The position numbers and the translations under genes are program-made. The notes under the pieces are model-generated. The model saw only the letters and a list, made by a program, of their open reading frames with translations, was not told the origin of the DNA and made no database searches. This document shows, one piece after another, positions 28,982 to 39,446 of a stretch of 64,000 nt of DNA (the stretch's first letter is position 1; each line of letters begins with the position of its first letter). The DNA comes from Escherichia phage vB_EcoM-S1P5QW: the sequence record OL956808.1; one strand, given 5' to 3'.

Positions 28982-29509
28982 ATGAACGCTAAAGATATTT
29001 TCAACCTGGTAAATTACAACGATGGTAAATTTAAATCTGAAGCACAAAGCAAGTTCTTTAATGACATCTCAATCGGAGGTGAAATCACGGTTGATGGAGG
29101 ACAAATTTACAAATCCCGTTGGAATTGGATCGTTATTATCGATGAGATTGGTATTGTAGAAATTTACAAGAATACGAATAAAAATCGTACATTACACTGG
29201 TCTCGTGATACTAATGAACAGTACAAAAAGGATAAAGCATCTAAATTATCTCGTGTAACTCAAGAAGATATTGAGTTCATCAAGAAAGATATTTTGATGT
29301 ATGATAACTTAATTGCTGAAGAGCAAGCTGTTATTGATAAATTTGACGAGATTAAAGCTTCTCGTGAAATTCCTGATTTTATGAAAGAATCAGTAAATGA
29401 ACGATACACTCTCATTTCAGAGCGTATTGAAACTTACAAAAAGCAAAGAGCTGAACGCCAGAATACTCTTCGGAAGTTTGAAGAACGGTTAAAGACGGTA
29501 CTCGCATAA
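28982..29509 (+). CDS. hypothetical protein
   Basis: 175 aa from ATG 28982 directly downstream of promoter cassette; C-terminal coiled coil. Confidence 0.55.
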   Translation: MNAKDIFNLVNYNDGKFKSEAQSKFFNDISIGGEITVDGGQIYKSRWNWIVIIDEIGIVEIYKNTNKNRTLHWSRDTNEQYKKDKASKLSRVTQEDIEFIKKDILMYDNLIAEEQAVIDKFDEIKASREIPDFMKESVNERYTLISERIETYKKQRAERQNTLRKFEERLKTVLA

Positions 29510-29564
29510 CCGCTTTATACCAAGGATGGTATAATGGTTCTAAGCCCTTTTAATTGAGATTATT

Positions 29565-29966
29565 ATGAAACAGTTGATAATTAAAAGATTGAATTTATTG
29601 ATATGTTGTTTATGTATAGTAATTGCATATGGTTATTACGCAATTAATGATTATATGCATTATAAAGATTATGATGTTACTGTAGTTAATACCTTTACAG
29701 GAACTCAAGGAAAGGGGTCTAGTTTATCGTTTATTGCCGTATATGAACTAAATGACGGTTATAGATTTAGCGAATATATTTCACCGGAGATGTATTCTTC
29801 AATAGAAAAAGGTGATAATATTACTGTAAGTTTACGTCCTTTCGACGTAAAACAGACATTGTTTGATAATATTGTTTGGTTCTTTGGAATGGTATTAGTT
29901 CAATCTGTGTGTGGTGCTTATATAGTCTTTTCCATCATATTCTGCGTATTTAGTAAAATTGAGTGA
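29565..29966 (+). CDS. membrane protein
   Basis: 133 aa, hydrophobic segments at both ends. Confidence 0.5.
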   Translation: MKQLIIKRLNLLICCLCIVIAYGYYAINDYMHYKDYDVTVVNTFTGTQGKGSSLSFIAVYELNDGYRFSEYISPEMYSSIEKGDNITVSLRPFDVKQTLFDNIVWFFGMVLVQSVCGAYIVFSIIFCVFSKIE

Positions 29967-29973
29967 GGAAAAT

Positions 29974-30861
29974 ATGTCAGTAGTAATTAATAATGTCAAT
30001 GCAGTAATTAAATCTTTAGTTAATAAAAAATTGAATGAATGGACTGTACTTCGTCGTGGAGAGCCAGATAAATTTTTTCATAGATTTAACCCAACTTTGG
30101 ATTTGAATGTTATTGACAGAGATGTTCATGCTGAAATTTTAGATAAATTTAAAGTTGATATTGGGTTTGGATTAGATAAACATTTACAACGAACAAACGG
30201 GTCTGGAATGGGTTTATCTAATCGCATCATGAAAGCCCTTAATAAAATTGGAGCGTTGTCTCGTATTAACGCGAGTGAAATTCTTCGCAATTATAATAAA
30301 GGATATGACCTTTATGGTAGACTAATGCCGAAATTGTCATTCGATCAAATGATTGCGGATTTGTGGGAAAATCAACGACGATTATTAGCATTAGGCGCTC
30401 GATTAGCTAAAGGTCTAGATAAACAAATGATTTTTAAGACCAATAATACAGAAGACCTTAAATGCTTTAAATTTAGTATTCGCGGCGATGATTATTATAT
30501 CAGAGCTCGCTCTACAGATTATGTTAATATGGGGCATCATCTCTGTTTAGCTTTTGAAGTTTTAAAAGAAGCTGGAACGTTAGAATATTCATCTGGTGCT
30601 AAATGCCCGATTGGTTCAAATTGCATTTTAATTTATCGCCCGGATGAATCCAGTTTAACTAAATTTCCTACAAAACCTGTACCAGTTCGTAGTAACGAAA
30701 AACATTCTGAACAAATTGATTATTTTAATAAGCAAATTGAAGAGCTAAATATTTCTATTCAACAATATGACGATGAAATTTTCAGACTATCTGGACTGAG
30801 TAGTAAAGCTAAATCTGAACGTGAAAAATTAATTAAAATTGTTGATTTACTTAAATCTTAA
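29974..30861 (+). CDS. tandem-family protein 1 (N-terminal globular domain plus C-terminal coiled coil)
   Basis: 295 aa from ATG 29974 (RBS GAGTGAGGAA); C-terminal heptad-rich tail. Confidence 0.55.
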   Translation: MSVVINNVNAVIKSLVNKKLNEWTVLRRGEPDKFFHRFNPTLDLNVIDRDVHAEILDKFKVDIGFGLDKHLQRTNGSGMGLSNRIMKALNKIGALSRINASEILRNYNKGYDLYGRLMPKLSFDQMIADLWENQRRLLALGARLAKGLDKQMIFKTNNTEDLKCFKFSIRGDDYYIRARSTDYVNMGHHLCLAFEVLKEAGTLEYSSGAKCPIGSNCILIYRPDESSLTKFPTKPVPVRSNEKHSEQIDYFNKQIEELNISIQQYDDEIFRLSGLSSKAKSEREKLIKIVDLLKS

Positions 30862-30869
30862 GGAACACC

Positions 30870-31889
30870 ATGAAAACTCGTTCTCAAATTGAAGATATGG
30901 TTCGTAATGCCAGCTATACTCGTGATGTTATGACATTTTTGTGCCAAAATAATTTAGACCCTGATAAAGTTAATCGTGATATTCACTTTAAATATATGAA
31001 TAGCAGTGAATGGTTACGTCATTTTAGTAAAGCGGGGTATATTACACAAATGACTGCTCGTGAGCAGCTCACCGATTTCTGTAAAACTATTGATTATAAA
31101 AATCCTCTATTTGTTCAAGGTGTTGGTCAGAGTAAGGTCGATTTATCATCTGGATTTTTCAATCCAAATCATTATCGTATTGAATGGAGATTTATTGCTC
31201 TATTCCGTAAACAATTAAAGCAAATTTTGTCGACGGCTAGTCGATTAAAAGGTTCTGATATTAACTTAAAGAACCTGAAATTTGATGGTTATACTCTTCA
31301 GATGGAAGTAAGACCATTAAAAGAAAATAATAGAACTGCACGAATTAGCTTTAAACCTAATACAAAAAATTCTCTTTCAATTTGTGAATGTCTTAAATCA
31401 CAGCTGACAGAAGCATTTAAGTATATGGATGTTGTTGCTGCTGTTCAATCTAAGATTTCGCAGCATTTCGAACGATTTAAATTAGATACGACAACATATG
31501 AACTTGATATGATCGTTTCATTTAAATACGATTTTTTGAGAAAGGACGAAGTCCCGCAAGAGAAAAAGCAGGAAGTGCAAGATAACTTAAATTTATCTAA
31601 TTACTCATCAAACGATCCTAAATTTTGGATGTATAGTTCAGGTAATAAAGATGCATGGAAATTCAATAAAGTGAATTTTCTTCCTATTGAAAATCCGAGT
31701 CTTAAACCTGTTGAAAAATGGCACGCGGATGCGATTGAGAAGTCCCTTAAGGCAGTAGATGATGAACTCGTTAAAGCGACCAATGAAGTGTTAGAAGCTG
31801 AAAAGATGCTAGAAAAAGCACAAGAAAAAGTCAAAAATCTCACGAAGCAACGTTCTAAACTGAACAATGCACTAAATGCACTGAACTAG
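30870..31889 (+). CDS. tandem-family protein 2
   Basis: 339 aa; shares central W/R-rich motif and C-terminal coiled coil with neighbours. Confidence 0.55.
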   Translation: MKTRSQIEDMVRNASYTRDVMTFLCQNNLDPDKVNRDIHFKYMNSSEWLRHFSKAGYITQMTAREQLTDFCKTIDYKNPLFVQGVGQSKVDLSSGFFNPNHYRIEWRFIALFRKQLKQILSTASRLKGSDINLKNLKFDGYTLQMEVRPLKENNRTARISFKPNTKNSLSICECLKSQLTEAFKYMDVVAAVQSKISQHFERFKLDTTTYELDMIVSFKYDFLRKDEVPQEKKQEVQDNLNLSNYSSNDPKFWMYSSGNKDAWKFNKVNFLPIENPSLKPVEKWHADAIEKSLKAVDDELVKATNEVLEAEKMLEKAQEKVKNLTKQRSKLNNALNALN

Positions 31890-31919
31890 TTTACTTTGCC
31901 ACAAGGATGTGGTATAATG
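31889..31919 (+). promoter_or_regulatory. early promoter (GTTTAC ... TGGTATAAT)
   Basis: TAGTTTACTTTGCCACAAGGATGTGGTATAAT at the gene junction. Confidence 0.55.
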
Positions 31920-31946
31920 TTCTTACTTTCTACTGAGGAGATTAAT

Positions 31947-32948
31947 ATGACTCGTAACGAATATATCAAATCATTCAATAGCGTTATTGATGATAAAGCT
32001 ATACCGATGTTTGGTCAAAATATCGTTCTTTCTATTATCAATCAATGGCTCAATAGTGTTGATGCAAGTATTGTTTCTTCTACTAAATTTATTCATGAAA
32101 TTCGTAAAATTTCTAGCCGTGTAGATAAAGATGTTATCAAGAAAACCTTTAAAGAGTCTCGTCTTCTTTCATATTTGGTTAATCGGGATATTCTTGGTAA
32201 TTTTGGGAAAGAAATTAAACGAACTAAAGATGTAGTAGGATATAATTGGTTCGGTGATGTTAATTCTTATCATCTTAATAATAAAGAAGACCCTGAGAAT
32301 ATTTTTACTCGTCGTTGGATTAGTAATTTCAGACTTTTCAAAGGACAGATTCTAAAATCAGCTTCTAAATTATGTTATGGCGATTATCGTCAAATTCATC
32401 CTTTGGCTTCTGATATGATTATCATAAAAGAATATGAGCTTGATAAAAATAAAGTAGCTATTTTTGTGAATTATGGATTTTTTACACCAGAAACTAACCA
32501 AAAGAACATTAATAAATTTTTCTCAATTGCTAGCACTATAACTCGTCAATTAGAGACCGCATTACTTTGTATGGAAACAGTAGAAAATATTCATACATAT
32601 CCTTTTAAGAATATATGCGGTTGGGAAGGATATAAAATTGTAGTTAGTCTTCGTGAAGTGAAATGTACTTATTCACTTACTAGTAAAGAAATTTACCAAC
32701 AAAAATGTGATGAAATTGTGAATACTCCTAAAGAAGAAACTACCCTTGAGGAACTAATGGAATGTCTTGATGATTCGCCTGAACCTGTAGAAATTCGTCC
32801 AGAAGTTATTGCACTAGAAAAAGCTTATAAAGAAGTTCTAGAAATTTCTAATAAAGCGCAGAAAGAATATGAGCAGGCTAAAAGGATTTGGGAAGAATCT
32901 GTTAATCGTCTTGATCGTTTGGAACAAGCTTTACAGTTAATTAAGTAA
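31947..32948 (+). CDS. tandem-family protein 3
   Basis: 333 aa from ATG 31947 (RBS GAGGAGA). Confidence 0.55.
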   Translation: MTRNEYIKSFNSVIDDKAIPMFGQNIVLSIINQWLNSVDASIVSSTKFIHEIRKISSRVDKDVIKKTFKESRLLSYLVNRDILGNFGKEIKRTKDVVGYNWFGDVNSYHLNNKEDPENIFTRRWISNFRLFKGQILKSASKLCYGDYRQIHPLASDMIIIKEYELDKNKVAIFVNYGFFTPETNQKNINKFFSIASTITRQLETALLCMETVENIHTYPFKNICGWEGYKIVVSLREVKCTYSLTSKEIYQQKCDEIVNTPKEETTLEELMECLDDSPEPVEIRPEVIALEKAYKEVLEISNKAQKEYEQAKRIWEESVNRLDRLEQALQLIK

Positions 32949-33000
32949 TTTAAAGCCAAGGATGGCTCGGAGTATAAATCATTAACCAAGTGAGAAGAAC

Positions 33001-33927
33001 ATGAAAACTCGTAAACATTATATTGATTATTTTGACAGTCTTATTACTAAACATCGTAATTATCAGATAGGACACAGAGCAGTAATCAATAATATTCTTC
33101 GTGATTTTTTAGACTATATTGGATGGGAAAACCATATTTGTAAAGATACACAAAATGCGTATTCACATTCTCTTGGTTCTTTGCTCGAGTGGTTCAAACG
33201 TTCCAGATTACTATCTTCTGTGATAGCTGTTAATAATGTTAAAAAATTTATGTATCCAAGCTACATTGAGACTAATGTATCAAATGCTAATGTTGTTACA
33301 TTTAATATTATTAATGACGTGAAAAGAACTTATTTAGAAGAATGGTTTTCTAAAAATAGTAAAGAAAAATTTGCCAGTGAGTTTTCACACGAATTTAATA
33401 ATAATGTGAATATGCTTTTTAAGCATTCTCGTAGACTGTTTTGTCATGGCGATGATCGTACTATTAATGTAAATGTAAAAGATTGGGTTACGGCTAAATT
33501 CATTCCATCATCACAGAATGGACCATTTGAATTGTCAATTATTGTTTGTGCTCCGCATGAAATATATAAAAATCTTCCATATATGAAACCATGTGAAGCT
33601 AATAAACATAATAAAACGATTCGTTCTTTGACTTATAATCTTCGTACGTTATTGTCTAAAATGGACGTAGTTGAATCCTTTGATGATAATACGAATTATG
33701 GTCTTTCACTGTTTGAAACTAAAGTTGTTATTAAGTTAAAGGACCCTAATAAATTTAAACCTACGCCAAAGCCCAATCATGGGAATGATACTATGAAAGA
33801 AGAACGCGAATATCTCAGTGCCCGTTTGGTTGAAGTTGAAAAACAGATTGAAGAGCATACTAAAGTTATTAAGGCTTTAACCGCCAAAGCAAATGGTTTA
33901 CGTGATGCTATTGAGGTACTGAAATGA
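33001..33927 (+). CDS. tandem-family protein 4
   Basis: 308 aa; N-terminus MKTRKHYIDYF parallels MKTRSQIEDMV of protein 2; C-terminal coiled coil. Confidence 0.55.
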   Translation: MKTRKHYIDYFDSLITKHRNYQIGHRAVINNILRDFLDYIGWENHICKDTQNAYSHSLGSLLEWFKRSRLLSSVIAVNNVKKFMYPSYIETNVSNANVVTFNIINDVKRTYLEEWFSKNSKEKFASEFSHEFNNNVNMLFKHSRRLFCHGDDRTINVNVKDWVTAKFIPSSQNGPFELSIIVCAPHEIYKNLPYMKPCEANKHNKTIRSLTYNLRTLLSKMDVVESFDDNTNYGLSLFETKVVIKLKDPNKFKPTPKPNHGNDTMKEEREYLSARLVEVEKQIEEHTKVIKALTAKANGLRDAIEVLK

Positions 33928-34220
33928 AAAAGCGTTTATTAGAAGATATTGCCGAAGCTTCAGATTTTCCTGAATGGACTCCATGCGCTGGGTTTGATAA
34001 AGGACTGCTAGTTACTGACGATTTAGATTTTAAACCTCCAGCATGGGATGCTATTATGGCTATGGTTGAACGACGTGAAAGAGCTTCTAAAAACGTTCCT
34101 AATTGCCCTGAGTGTGGAACTGAACAGGTGCAATTGGTCCATTGGCAGACTAATAATCTTCGTTATAAATGTCGTCATTGTAAACGCCGATTTGACCGAG
34201 AAGAAAATGACAAAGCGTAA
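33924..34220 (+). CDS. zinc-ribbon protein
   Basis: 98 aa with CPECG...CRHCKRRF. Confidence 0.5.
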   Translation: MKKRLLEDIAEASDFPEWTPCAGFDKGLLVTDDLDFKPPAWDAIMAMVERRERASKNVPNCPECGTEQVQLVHWQTNNLRYKCRHCKRRFDREENDKA

Positions 34221-34449
34221 AGAATATATGGAGGCTGCTGAAAAGGCAGTCCGTGAATTAGCAATAGCTTATTATAATGAACATGGTAAATTTCCTGATA
34301 GATACAGCGTGCTTAAATCAGCTTTAACTCGTTCATATAAAAATATGCTATCAGAAGTAAGTGATATTATATACAAACATAAAGAACAAACGGGCCAAAG
34401 TCTTGATTACGACGAGACTTTTAAACAAGTACTAGGAATTAAGGAATAA
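34207..34449 (+). CDS. hypothetical protein
   Basis: 80 aa from ATG 34207. Confidence 0.45.
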   Translation: MTKRKEYMEAAEKAVRELAIAYYNEHGKFPDRYSVLKSALTRSYKNMLSEVSDIIYKHKEQTGQSLDYDETFKQVLGIKE

Positions 34450-34450
34450 T

Positions 34451-34714
34451 ATGTTTAAAGTATATGGTTATGATAGCAACATCCATAAATGCGTGTACTG
34501 CGATAATGCAAAACGTCTTTTGACTGTGAAGAAACAGCCGTTTGAATTTATCAACATTATGCCAGAAAAAGGTGTTTTTGATGATGAGAAAATCGCTGAG
34601 CTTCTGACTAAACTAGGTCGTGATACTCAAATCGGCTTGACAATGCCTCAGGTATTTGCTCCTGATGGAAGTCATATTGGTGGATTTGACCAACTGCGAG
34701 AATACTTTAAATGA
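34451..34714 (+). CDS. nrdC: glutaredoxin (phage thioredoxin) NrdC
   Basis: 87 aa with CVYC redox motif near N-terminus; matches recalled T4 NrdC. Confidence 0.85.
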   Translation: MFKVYGYDSNIHKCVYCDNAKRLLTVKKQPFEFINIMPEKGVFDDEKIAELLTKLGRDTQIGLTMPQVFAPDGSHIGGFDQLREYFK

Positions 34715-34926
34715 TGCTCGAAGGAAATGACTATATTCATGATTATCGTGGAAGCGCGGTATATGTAGGTGATGAAGTTGCAGTTTATTATGGGTATGGA
34801 ACTTTGATGACAGCCAAGGTTATTCAAATTAAAAATAATCGTGCTAAACTCGAAGTTTATTATTCTAATGGTGAAAAGTCTATTTCTAAGTGGAAATACG
34901 GCGATTGCATGGTCAAACTGGGGTAA
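34711..34926 (+). CDS. hypothetical protein
   Basis: 71 aa. Confidence 0.45.
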   Translation: MMLEGNDYIHDYRGSAVYVGDEVAVYYGYGTLMTAKVIQIKNNRAKLEVYYSNGEKSISKWKYGDCMVKLG

Positions 34927-34928
34927 AT

Positions 34929-35099
34929 ATGATATACGATATTAGTGCAGCAAGAGCTCCATCAATGGTTACTATTCCTGTTGAAGAATTAGATCGTCTT
35001 CATAAAATTGAAGAACTTCTTTGGGAAATTGAATGTGACCTGCCATCAGGATTAGAATCCTGGATTGATTATGAAGAACTTAATAAGCTTCGGGGTTAA
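34929..35099 (+). CDS. hypothetical small protein
   Basis: 56 aa from ATG 34929. Confidence 0.4.
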   Translation: MIYDISAARAPSMVTIPVEELDRLHKIEELLWEIECDLPSGLESWIDYEELNKLRG

Positions 35100-35221
35100 A
35101 CCTTGGTGGGCGGCTAGATGGGAAACTGTAGAGCCAGAGCCGGAAGAACCGGTTTACACTGATGAAGAAACAATATATAATGAACCAACGATAAATGACT
35201 TAATTGATATGGAGATGGGAC

Positions 35222-35668
35222 ATGATTACAGTAGATAAGTGGTTTAGAATTAATCGTGCTGATACAGGGCTGTGTAATTACTGGCCGGAACTTAGTGCAG
35301 GTACTGTCTTTAAAGTTCGTGAACTTGCAAAAGAATGTGAAGATGATATAGAACCTGATACTGGAATTATTGAAATTGAACTTTCTGATGGAAAGATTAT
35401 TAACATCTATGATAAGCCAATTACGTATTGGTGCTTGTGGAATACTGAATCAGTCGAAAATGGCGAAATTGAAGAAGTTGTAGAGCGAACTAATCAAGTT
35501 GTTCAGAAGCCTAAAGCCGGTTTTCAAGGTGAACGTATTTCATACGCATTAGCTAAATCGGCGTTGAAAAAAGATATTGATGATTACGAAGGAAATTTGA
35601 TGCAAGCTGCGGCAGAATATATTGAATGGCTTGAAACTCAAATTTCTTTTTCTGACCGAGCATTTTAA
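35222..35668 (+). CDS. hypothetical protein (possible pin-position gene)
   Basis: 148 aa from ATG 35222 (RBS GGAGATGGGA); lies between nrdC and gene 49 where T4 carries pin. Confidence 0.45.
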   Translation: MITVDKWFRINRADTGLCNYWPELSAGTVFKVRELAKECEDDIEPDTGIIEIELSDGKIINIYDKPITYWCLWNTESVENGEIEEVVERTNQVVQKPKAGFQGERISYALAKSALKKDIDDYEGNLMQAAAEYIEWLETQISFSDRAF

Positions 35669-35717
35669 TACTTGAAAATAATAAATACCCTTATCTATTT
35701 AAGGTAAGGGTTTTATT

Positions 35718-36191
35718 ATGTTATTGACTGGCAAATTATATAAAGAAGAAAAACAGAAATTTTATGATGCACAAAACGGTAAATGCTTAATTTGCCAACG
35801 AGAACTAAATCCTGATGTTCAAGCTAATCACCTCGACCATGACCATGAATTAAATGGACCAAAAGCAGGAAAGGTACGTGGATTGCTTTGTAATCTCTGC
35901 AATGCCGCAGAAGGTCAAATGAAGCACAAATTTAATCGTTCTGGCTTAAAGGGACAAGGTGTTGATTATCTTGAATGGTTAGAAAATTTACTTACTTATT
36001 TAAAATCCGATTACACCCAAAATAATATTCACCCTAACTTTGTTGGAGATAAAACAAAGGAATTTTCTCGTTTAGGAAAAGAGGAAATGATGGCTGAGAT
36101 GCTTCAAAGAGGATTTGAATATAATGAATCTGACACCAAAACACAGTTAATAGCTTCATTTAAGAAGCAGCTTAGAAAGAGTTTAAAATGA
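35718..36191 (+). CDS. 49: recombination endonuclease VII (Holliday junction resolvase)
   Basis: 157 aa; matches recalled T4 endo VII including zinc-binding CLICQ...HDHE...CNLCN. Confidence 0.92.
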   Translation: MLLTGKLYKEEKQKFYDAQNGKCLICQRELNPDVQANHLDHDHELNGPKAGKVRGLLCNLCNAAEGQMKHKFNRSGLKGQGVDYLEWLENLLTYLKSDYTQNNIHPNFVGDKTKEFSRLGKEEMMAEMLQRGFEYNESDTKTQLIASFKKQLRKSLK

Positions 36192-38005
36192 CAATTGAAA
36201 AAGAAATTGAAGGATTGATTCATAAAACTAATAAAGACCTTTTAAACGAGAATGCTAATAAAGATTCTCGTGTTTTTCCAACTCAACGGGACCTTATGGC
36301 TGGTATTGTGTCTAAACACATTGCCAAAAATATGGTCCCGTCTTTTATTATGAAAGCGCATGAAAGCGGAATTATTCATTTCCATGATATTGATTATTCC
36401 CCTGCTCTTCCATTTACTAATTGTTGTTTAGTAGATTTAAAAGGAATGCTTGAGAACGGATTTAAGCTTGGTAATGCACAGATTGAAACTCCTAAATCAA
36501 TTGGAGTTGCTACTGCAATTATGGCACAAATTACTGCACAGGTTGCTTCCCATCAATACGGCGGAACGACTTTTGCTAATGTAGATAAAGTACTTTCTCC
36601 TTATGTTAAACGCACCTATGCAAAACATATTGAGGATGCAGAAAAATGGCAAATCGCTGATGCGTTGAATTATGCTCAATCTAAAACAGAAAAAGACGTA
36701 TACGATGCATTCCAAGCTTATGAATATGAAGTAAATACTCTCTTTAGTTCAAACGGGCAAACACCTTTTGTAACAATTACATTTGGTACAGGAACTGACT
36801 GGACTGAACGAATGATTCAGAAAGCAATTCTGAAAAATCGTATTAAAGGTCTCGGTCGTGATGGGATAACTCCTATTTTTCCTAAGCTTGTTATGTTCGT
36901 CGAAGAAGGCGTTAATCTTTACAAAGACGATCCGAATTACGACATTAAGCAACTTGCTTTAGAGTGTGCAAGCAAAAGGATGTATCCTGATATTATTTCA
37001 GCTAAGAATAATAAAGCTATCACTGGTTCATCTGTTCCTGTTTCTCCAATGGGTTGCCGTAGTTTCTTGAGCGTATGGAAAGATTCGACTGGTAATGAAA
37101 TTCTTGATGGACGTAATAATCTTGGTGTTGTAACACTGAATCTTCCTCGCATTGCATTAGATTCTTATATTGGAACACAATTTAACGAACAGAAATTTGT
37201 TGAATTATTCAATGAACGAATGGATTTATGTTTTGAAGCTTTGATGTGTAGAATTAGTTCCTTAAAAGGAGTTAAAGCGACTGTTGCTCCTATTCTTTAC
37301 CAAGAAGGTGCATTCGGGGTTCGTCTTAAACCTGATGACGATATAATTGAGTTATTTAAAAACGGCAGAAGTTCAGTGTCTTTAGGATACATAGGTATTC
37401 ATGAATTGAATATTCTTGTTGGTCGTGACATTGGACAAGAAATTTTAACTAAAATGAATGCTCATCTTAAACAGTGGACTGAAAGAACCGGATTTGCTTT
37501 TAGTTTATATTCGACTCCTGCTGAAAACCTTTGTTATCGCTTCTGTAAACTCGATACAGAAAAATATGGAAGCGTAAAAGATGTTACCGATAAAGGTTGG
37601 TACACTAACAGTTTCCATGTTTCAGTAGAAGAAAATATTACTCCGTTTGAAAAGATTTCTCGTGAAGCGCCATATCATTTCATTGCGACAGGTGGTCACA
37701 TTTCTTATGTTGAACTTCCTGATATGAAAAATAACTTAAAAGGTCTTGAGGCCGTGTGGGATTATGCTGCACAGCATTTAGATTATTTTGGTGTTAATAT
37801 GCCGGTAGATAAATGTTTTACATGTGGAAGTACCCATGAAATGACTCCTACTGAAAACGGATTTGTTTGTTCTATTTGTGGAGAAACTGATCCTAAAAAG
37901 ATGAACACAATAAGAAGAACATGTGGTTATTTGGGAAATCCGAACGAACGCGGATTTAATCTCGGTAAAAATAAAGAAATCATGCATAGGGTTAAACACC
38001 AATGA
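36188..38005 (+). CDS. nrdD: anaerobic ribonucleoside-triphosphate reductase NrdD (uninterrupted)
   Basis: 605 aa; C-terminal glycyl radical region and CxxC pairs (CFTCGSTHEMTPTENGFVCSICG); no intron. Confidence 0.9.
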   Translation: MTIEKEIEGLIHKTNKDLLNENANKDSRVFPTQRDLMAGIVSKHIAKNMVPSFIMKAHESGIIHFHDIDYSPALPFTNCCLVDLKGMLENGFKLGNAQIETPKSIGVATAIMAQITAQVASHQYGGTTFANVDKVLSPYVKRTYAKHIEDAEKWQIADALNYAQSKTEKDVYDAFQAYEYEVNTLFSSNGQTPFVTITFGTGTDWTERMIQKAILKNRIKGLGRDGITPIFPKLVMFVEEGVNLYKDDPNYDIKQLALECASKRMYPDIISAKNNKAITGSSVPVSPMGCRSFLSVWKDSTGNEILDGRNNLGVVTLNLPRIALDSYIGTQFNEQKFVELFNERMDLCFEALMCRISSLKGVKATVAPILYQEGAFGVRLKPDDDIIELFKNGRSSVSLGYIGIHELNILVGRDIGQEILTKMNAHLKQWTERTGFAFSLYSTPAENLCYRFCKLDTEKYGSVKDVTDKGWYTNSFHVSVEENITPFEKISREAPYHFIATGGHISYVELPDMKNNLKGLEAVWDYAAQHLDYFGVNMPVDKCFTCGSTHEMTPTENGFVCSICGETDPKKMNTIRRTCGYLGNPNERGFNLGKNKEIMHRVKHQ

Positions 38006-38472
38006 ATTACGATAGATTTTATCCCTGTGATTTTGTGAATGGCCCTGGATGCAGGGTCGTTCTTTTCGTTACAGGTTGTTTGCATAAATGCGAAGGGTGT
38101 TATAATAAATCAACATGGAATGCTAGAAATGGTGCTCCATTCACTGGTGAAACACTAGAACAATTAATTGAATGTTTGAATAATGATTATATAGAAGGAT
38201 TAACTATAACCGGAGGAGACCCTCTTTATCCTGATAACAGAGACGTGATTCACTCTGTGGTTCAAACTATTAAAAATCTTTATCCCAATAAAAGCATTTG
38301 GTTGTGGACAGGATATAAGTTTGAAGATATTAAACAACTAGAAATGCTTAAATATGTTGATGTTATTATTGATGGGAAGTATGAGAAAAATCTTCCGACC
38401 AAAAAGCTGTGGCGAGGATCAGATAATCAGCGGCTTTGGTCAAATACCGATGGGGTGTGGAAACATGATTAA
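38002..38472 (+). CDS. nrdG: anaerobic RNR activating protein NrdG (radical SAM)
   Basis: 156 aa; Cys cluster CLHKCEGC. Confidence 0.85.
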   Translation: MNYDRFYPCDFVNGPGCRVVLFVTGCLHKCEGCYNKSTWNARNGAPFTGETLEQLIECLNNDYIEGLTITGGDPLYPDNRDVIHSVVQTIKNLYPNKSIWLWTGYKFEDIKQLEMLKYVDVIIDGKYEKNLPTKKLWRGSDNQRLWSNTDGVWKHD

Positions 38473-38587
38473 ATTGAATTATATTATGGATACTATAAAT
38501 GATATGATTTTTCATTTTGGTCCAGAATTTTATTCCCAATATAGTTTAGTGCTTATCAATGCTTGGTTAATTAATTAAGGGTAAAAT

Positions 38588-38800
38588 ATGTATAAATTTC
38601 GTAAAGGTTTAGCTGATTTTCTTACAACTGTAACATTCTTTCTGTTTATGGCAGTTGGAGCTATTTTCCTTATTCCTTTTATTGTTATATTTTTCGTAAT
38701 TAGTTTGATTTCTCCAGAAAAGGGCTTATCTTCTAGTGAGTTCAATGAGCGTCTGGATAAAATTACTAATAAGCTGAATGCTGCTCTTAGTAAGGAATAG
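38588..38800 (+). CDS. small membrane protein
   Basis: 70 aa, central hydrophobic stretch. Confidence 0.45.
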   Translation: MYKFRKGLADFLTTVTFFLFMAVGAIFLIPFIVIFFVISLISPEKGLSSSEFNERLDKITNKLNAALSKE

Positions 38801-38802
38801 TT

Positions 38803-39111
38803 GTGAAACAAAATAAGATTGAAGTCTATGGAATTCCAGATGAAGTAGGTCGTTGTCCTGGATGTCAATCAGTTACAAAACTCCTAAAGGAGCTCAATGC
38901 TCCTTTTACTTTCTATAAAGTTCTTACAAATAATGGTAAGATTGAGTATGATCGTCCACTGATTGTATCTCTTGCTAAACGCGCTGGATTCACATCTCTT
39001 AACATTCGTTATCCGGTCATTTTCATTAATGATTCTAGACAAAAGAACATTAAACACTTCAAAGAAACTCTCATTTCACTTGGATATGATAGAGATATCA
39101 TAGAAGACTAA
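38803..39111 (+). CDS. nrdH: glutaredoxin-like protein NrdH
   Basis: 102 aa with CPGC motif. Confidence 0.8.
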   Translation: MKQNKIEVYGIPDEVGRCPGCQSVTKLLKELNAPFTFYKVLTNNGKIEYDRPLIVSLAKRAGFTSLNIRYPVIFINDSRQKNIKHFKETLISLGYDRDIIED

Positions 39112-39113
39112 GA

Positions 39114-39134
39114 CGGGCCCTCTGGGCCTTTCTT
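39114..39134 (+). terminator. hairpin terminator
   Basis: GGGCCCTCTGGGCC followed by T-rich run. Confidence 0.5.
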
Positions 39135-39208
39135 TCTCACATTCTGTATATTACCATTCTAAGCTATCGTTCCCTTCTTATCATTCCCTAAAATAATTTT
39201 CACAAAGT

Positions 39209-39240
39209 TGTTTACAACAAGTTCAAACCGTGGTATTATT
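39209..39240 (+). promoter_or_regulatory. early promoter cassette
   Basis: TTTTCACAAAGTTGTTTACA...GTGGTATTATT. Confidence 0.55.
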
Positions 39241-39269
39241 AACATATGAATTACCTTTGAGGAATTGAT

Positions 39270-39446
39270 ATGGTTGATAAAGAGATTAAAATTGACCAGT
39301 ACTATCGTGTTAACGGACATATCGTTATTGTTACAGCAGTCGATGATTTAGATGTTCATTATACTGTGATTAAATGGAACAAACGTATGATTTGTGATCG
39401 TGCTGTATTTAGTTCAGTTGCTAAGGAAATTAAACTCCATGGGTAA
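39270..39446 (+). CDS. hypothetical small protein
   Basis: 58-aa ORF below the track cutoff, directly downstream of promoter, RBS GAGGAA. Confidence 0.4.
   Translation: MVDKEIKIDQYYRVNGHIVIVTAVDDLDVHYTVIKWNKRMICDRAVFSSVAKEIKLHG

Noticed and set aside
36497-37152. Minus-strand ORFs inside nrdD (36497-36715, 36749-36952, 36937-37152)
   Set aside because: Antisense to an intact 605-aa nrdD reading frame; typical AT-rich shadow ORFs.
36188-38005. Looked for a group I intron and intron-encoded endonuclease in nrdD, as in T4
   Set aside because: nrdD is a single uninterrupted 605-aa ORF; no intron-sized insertion is present.
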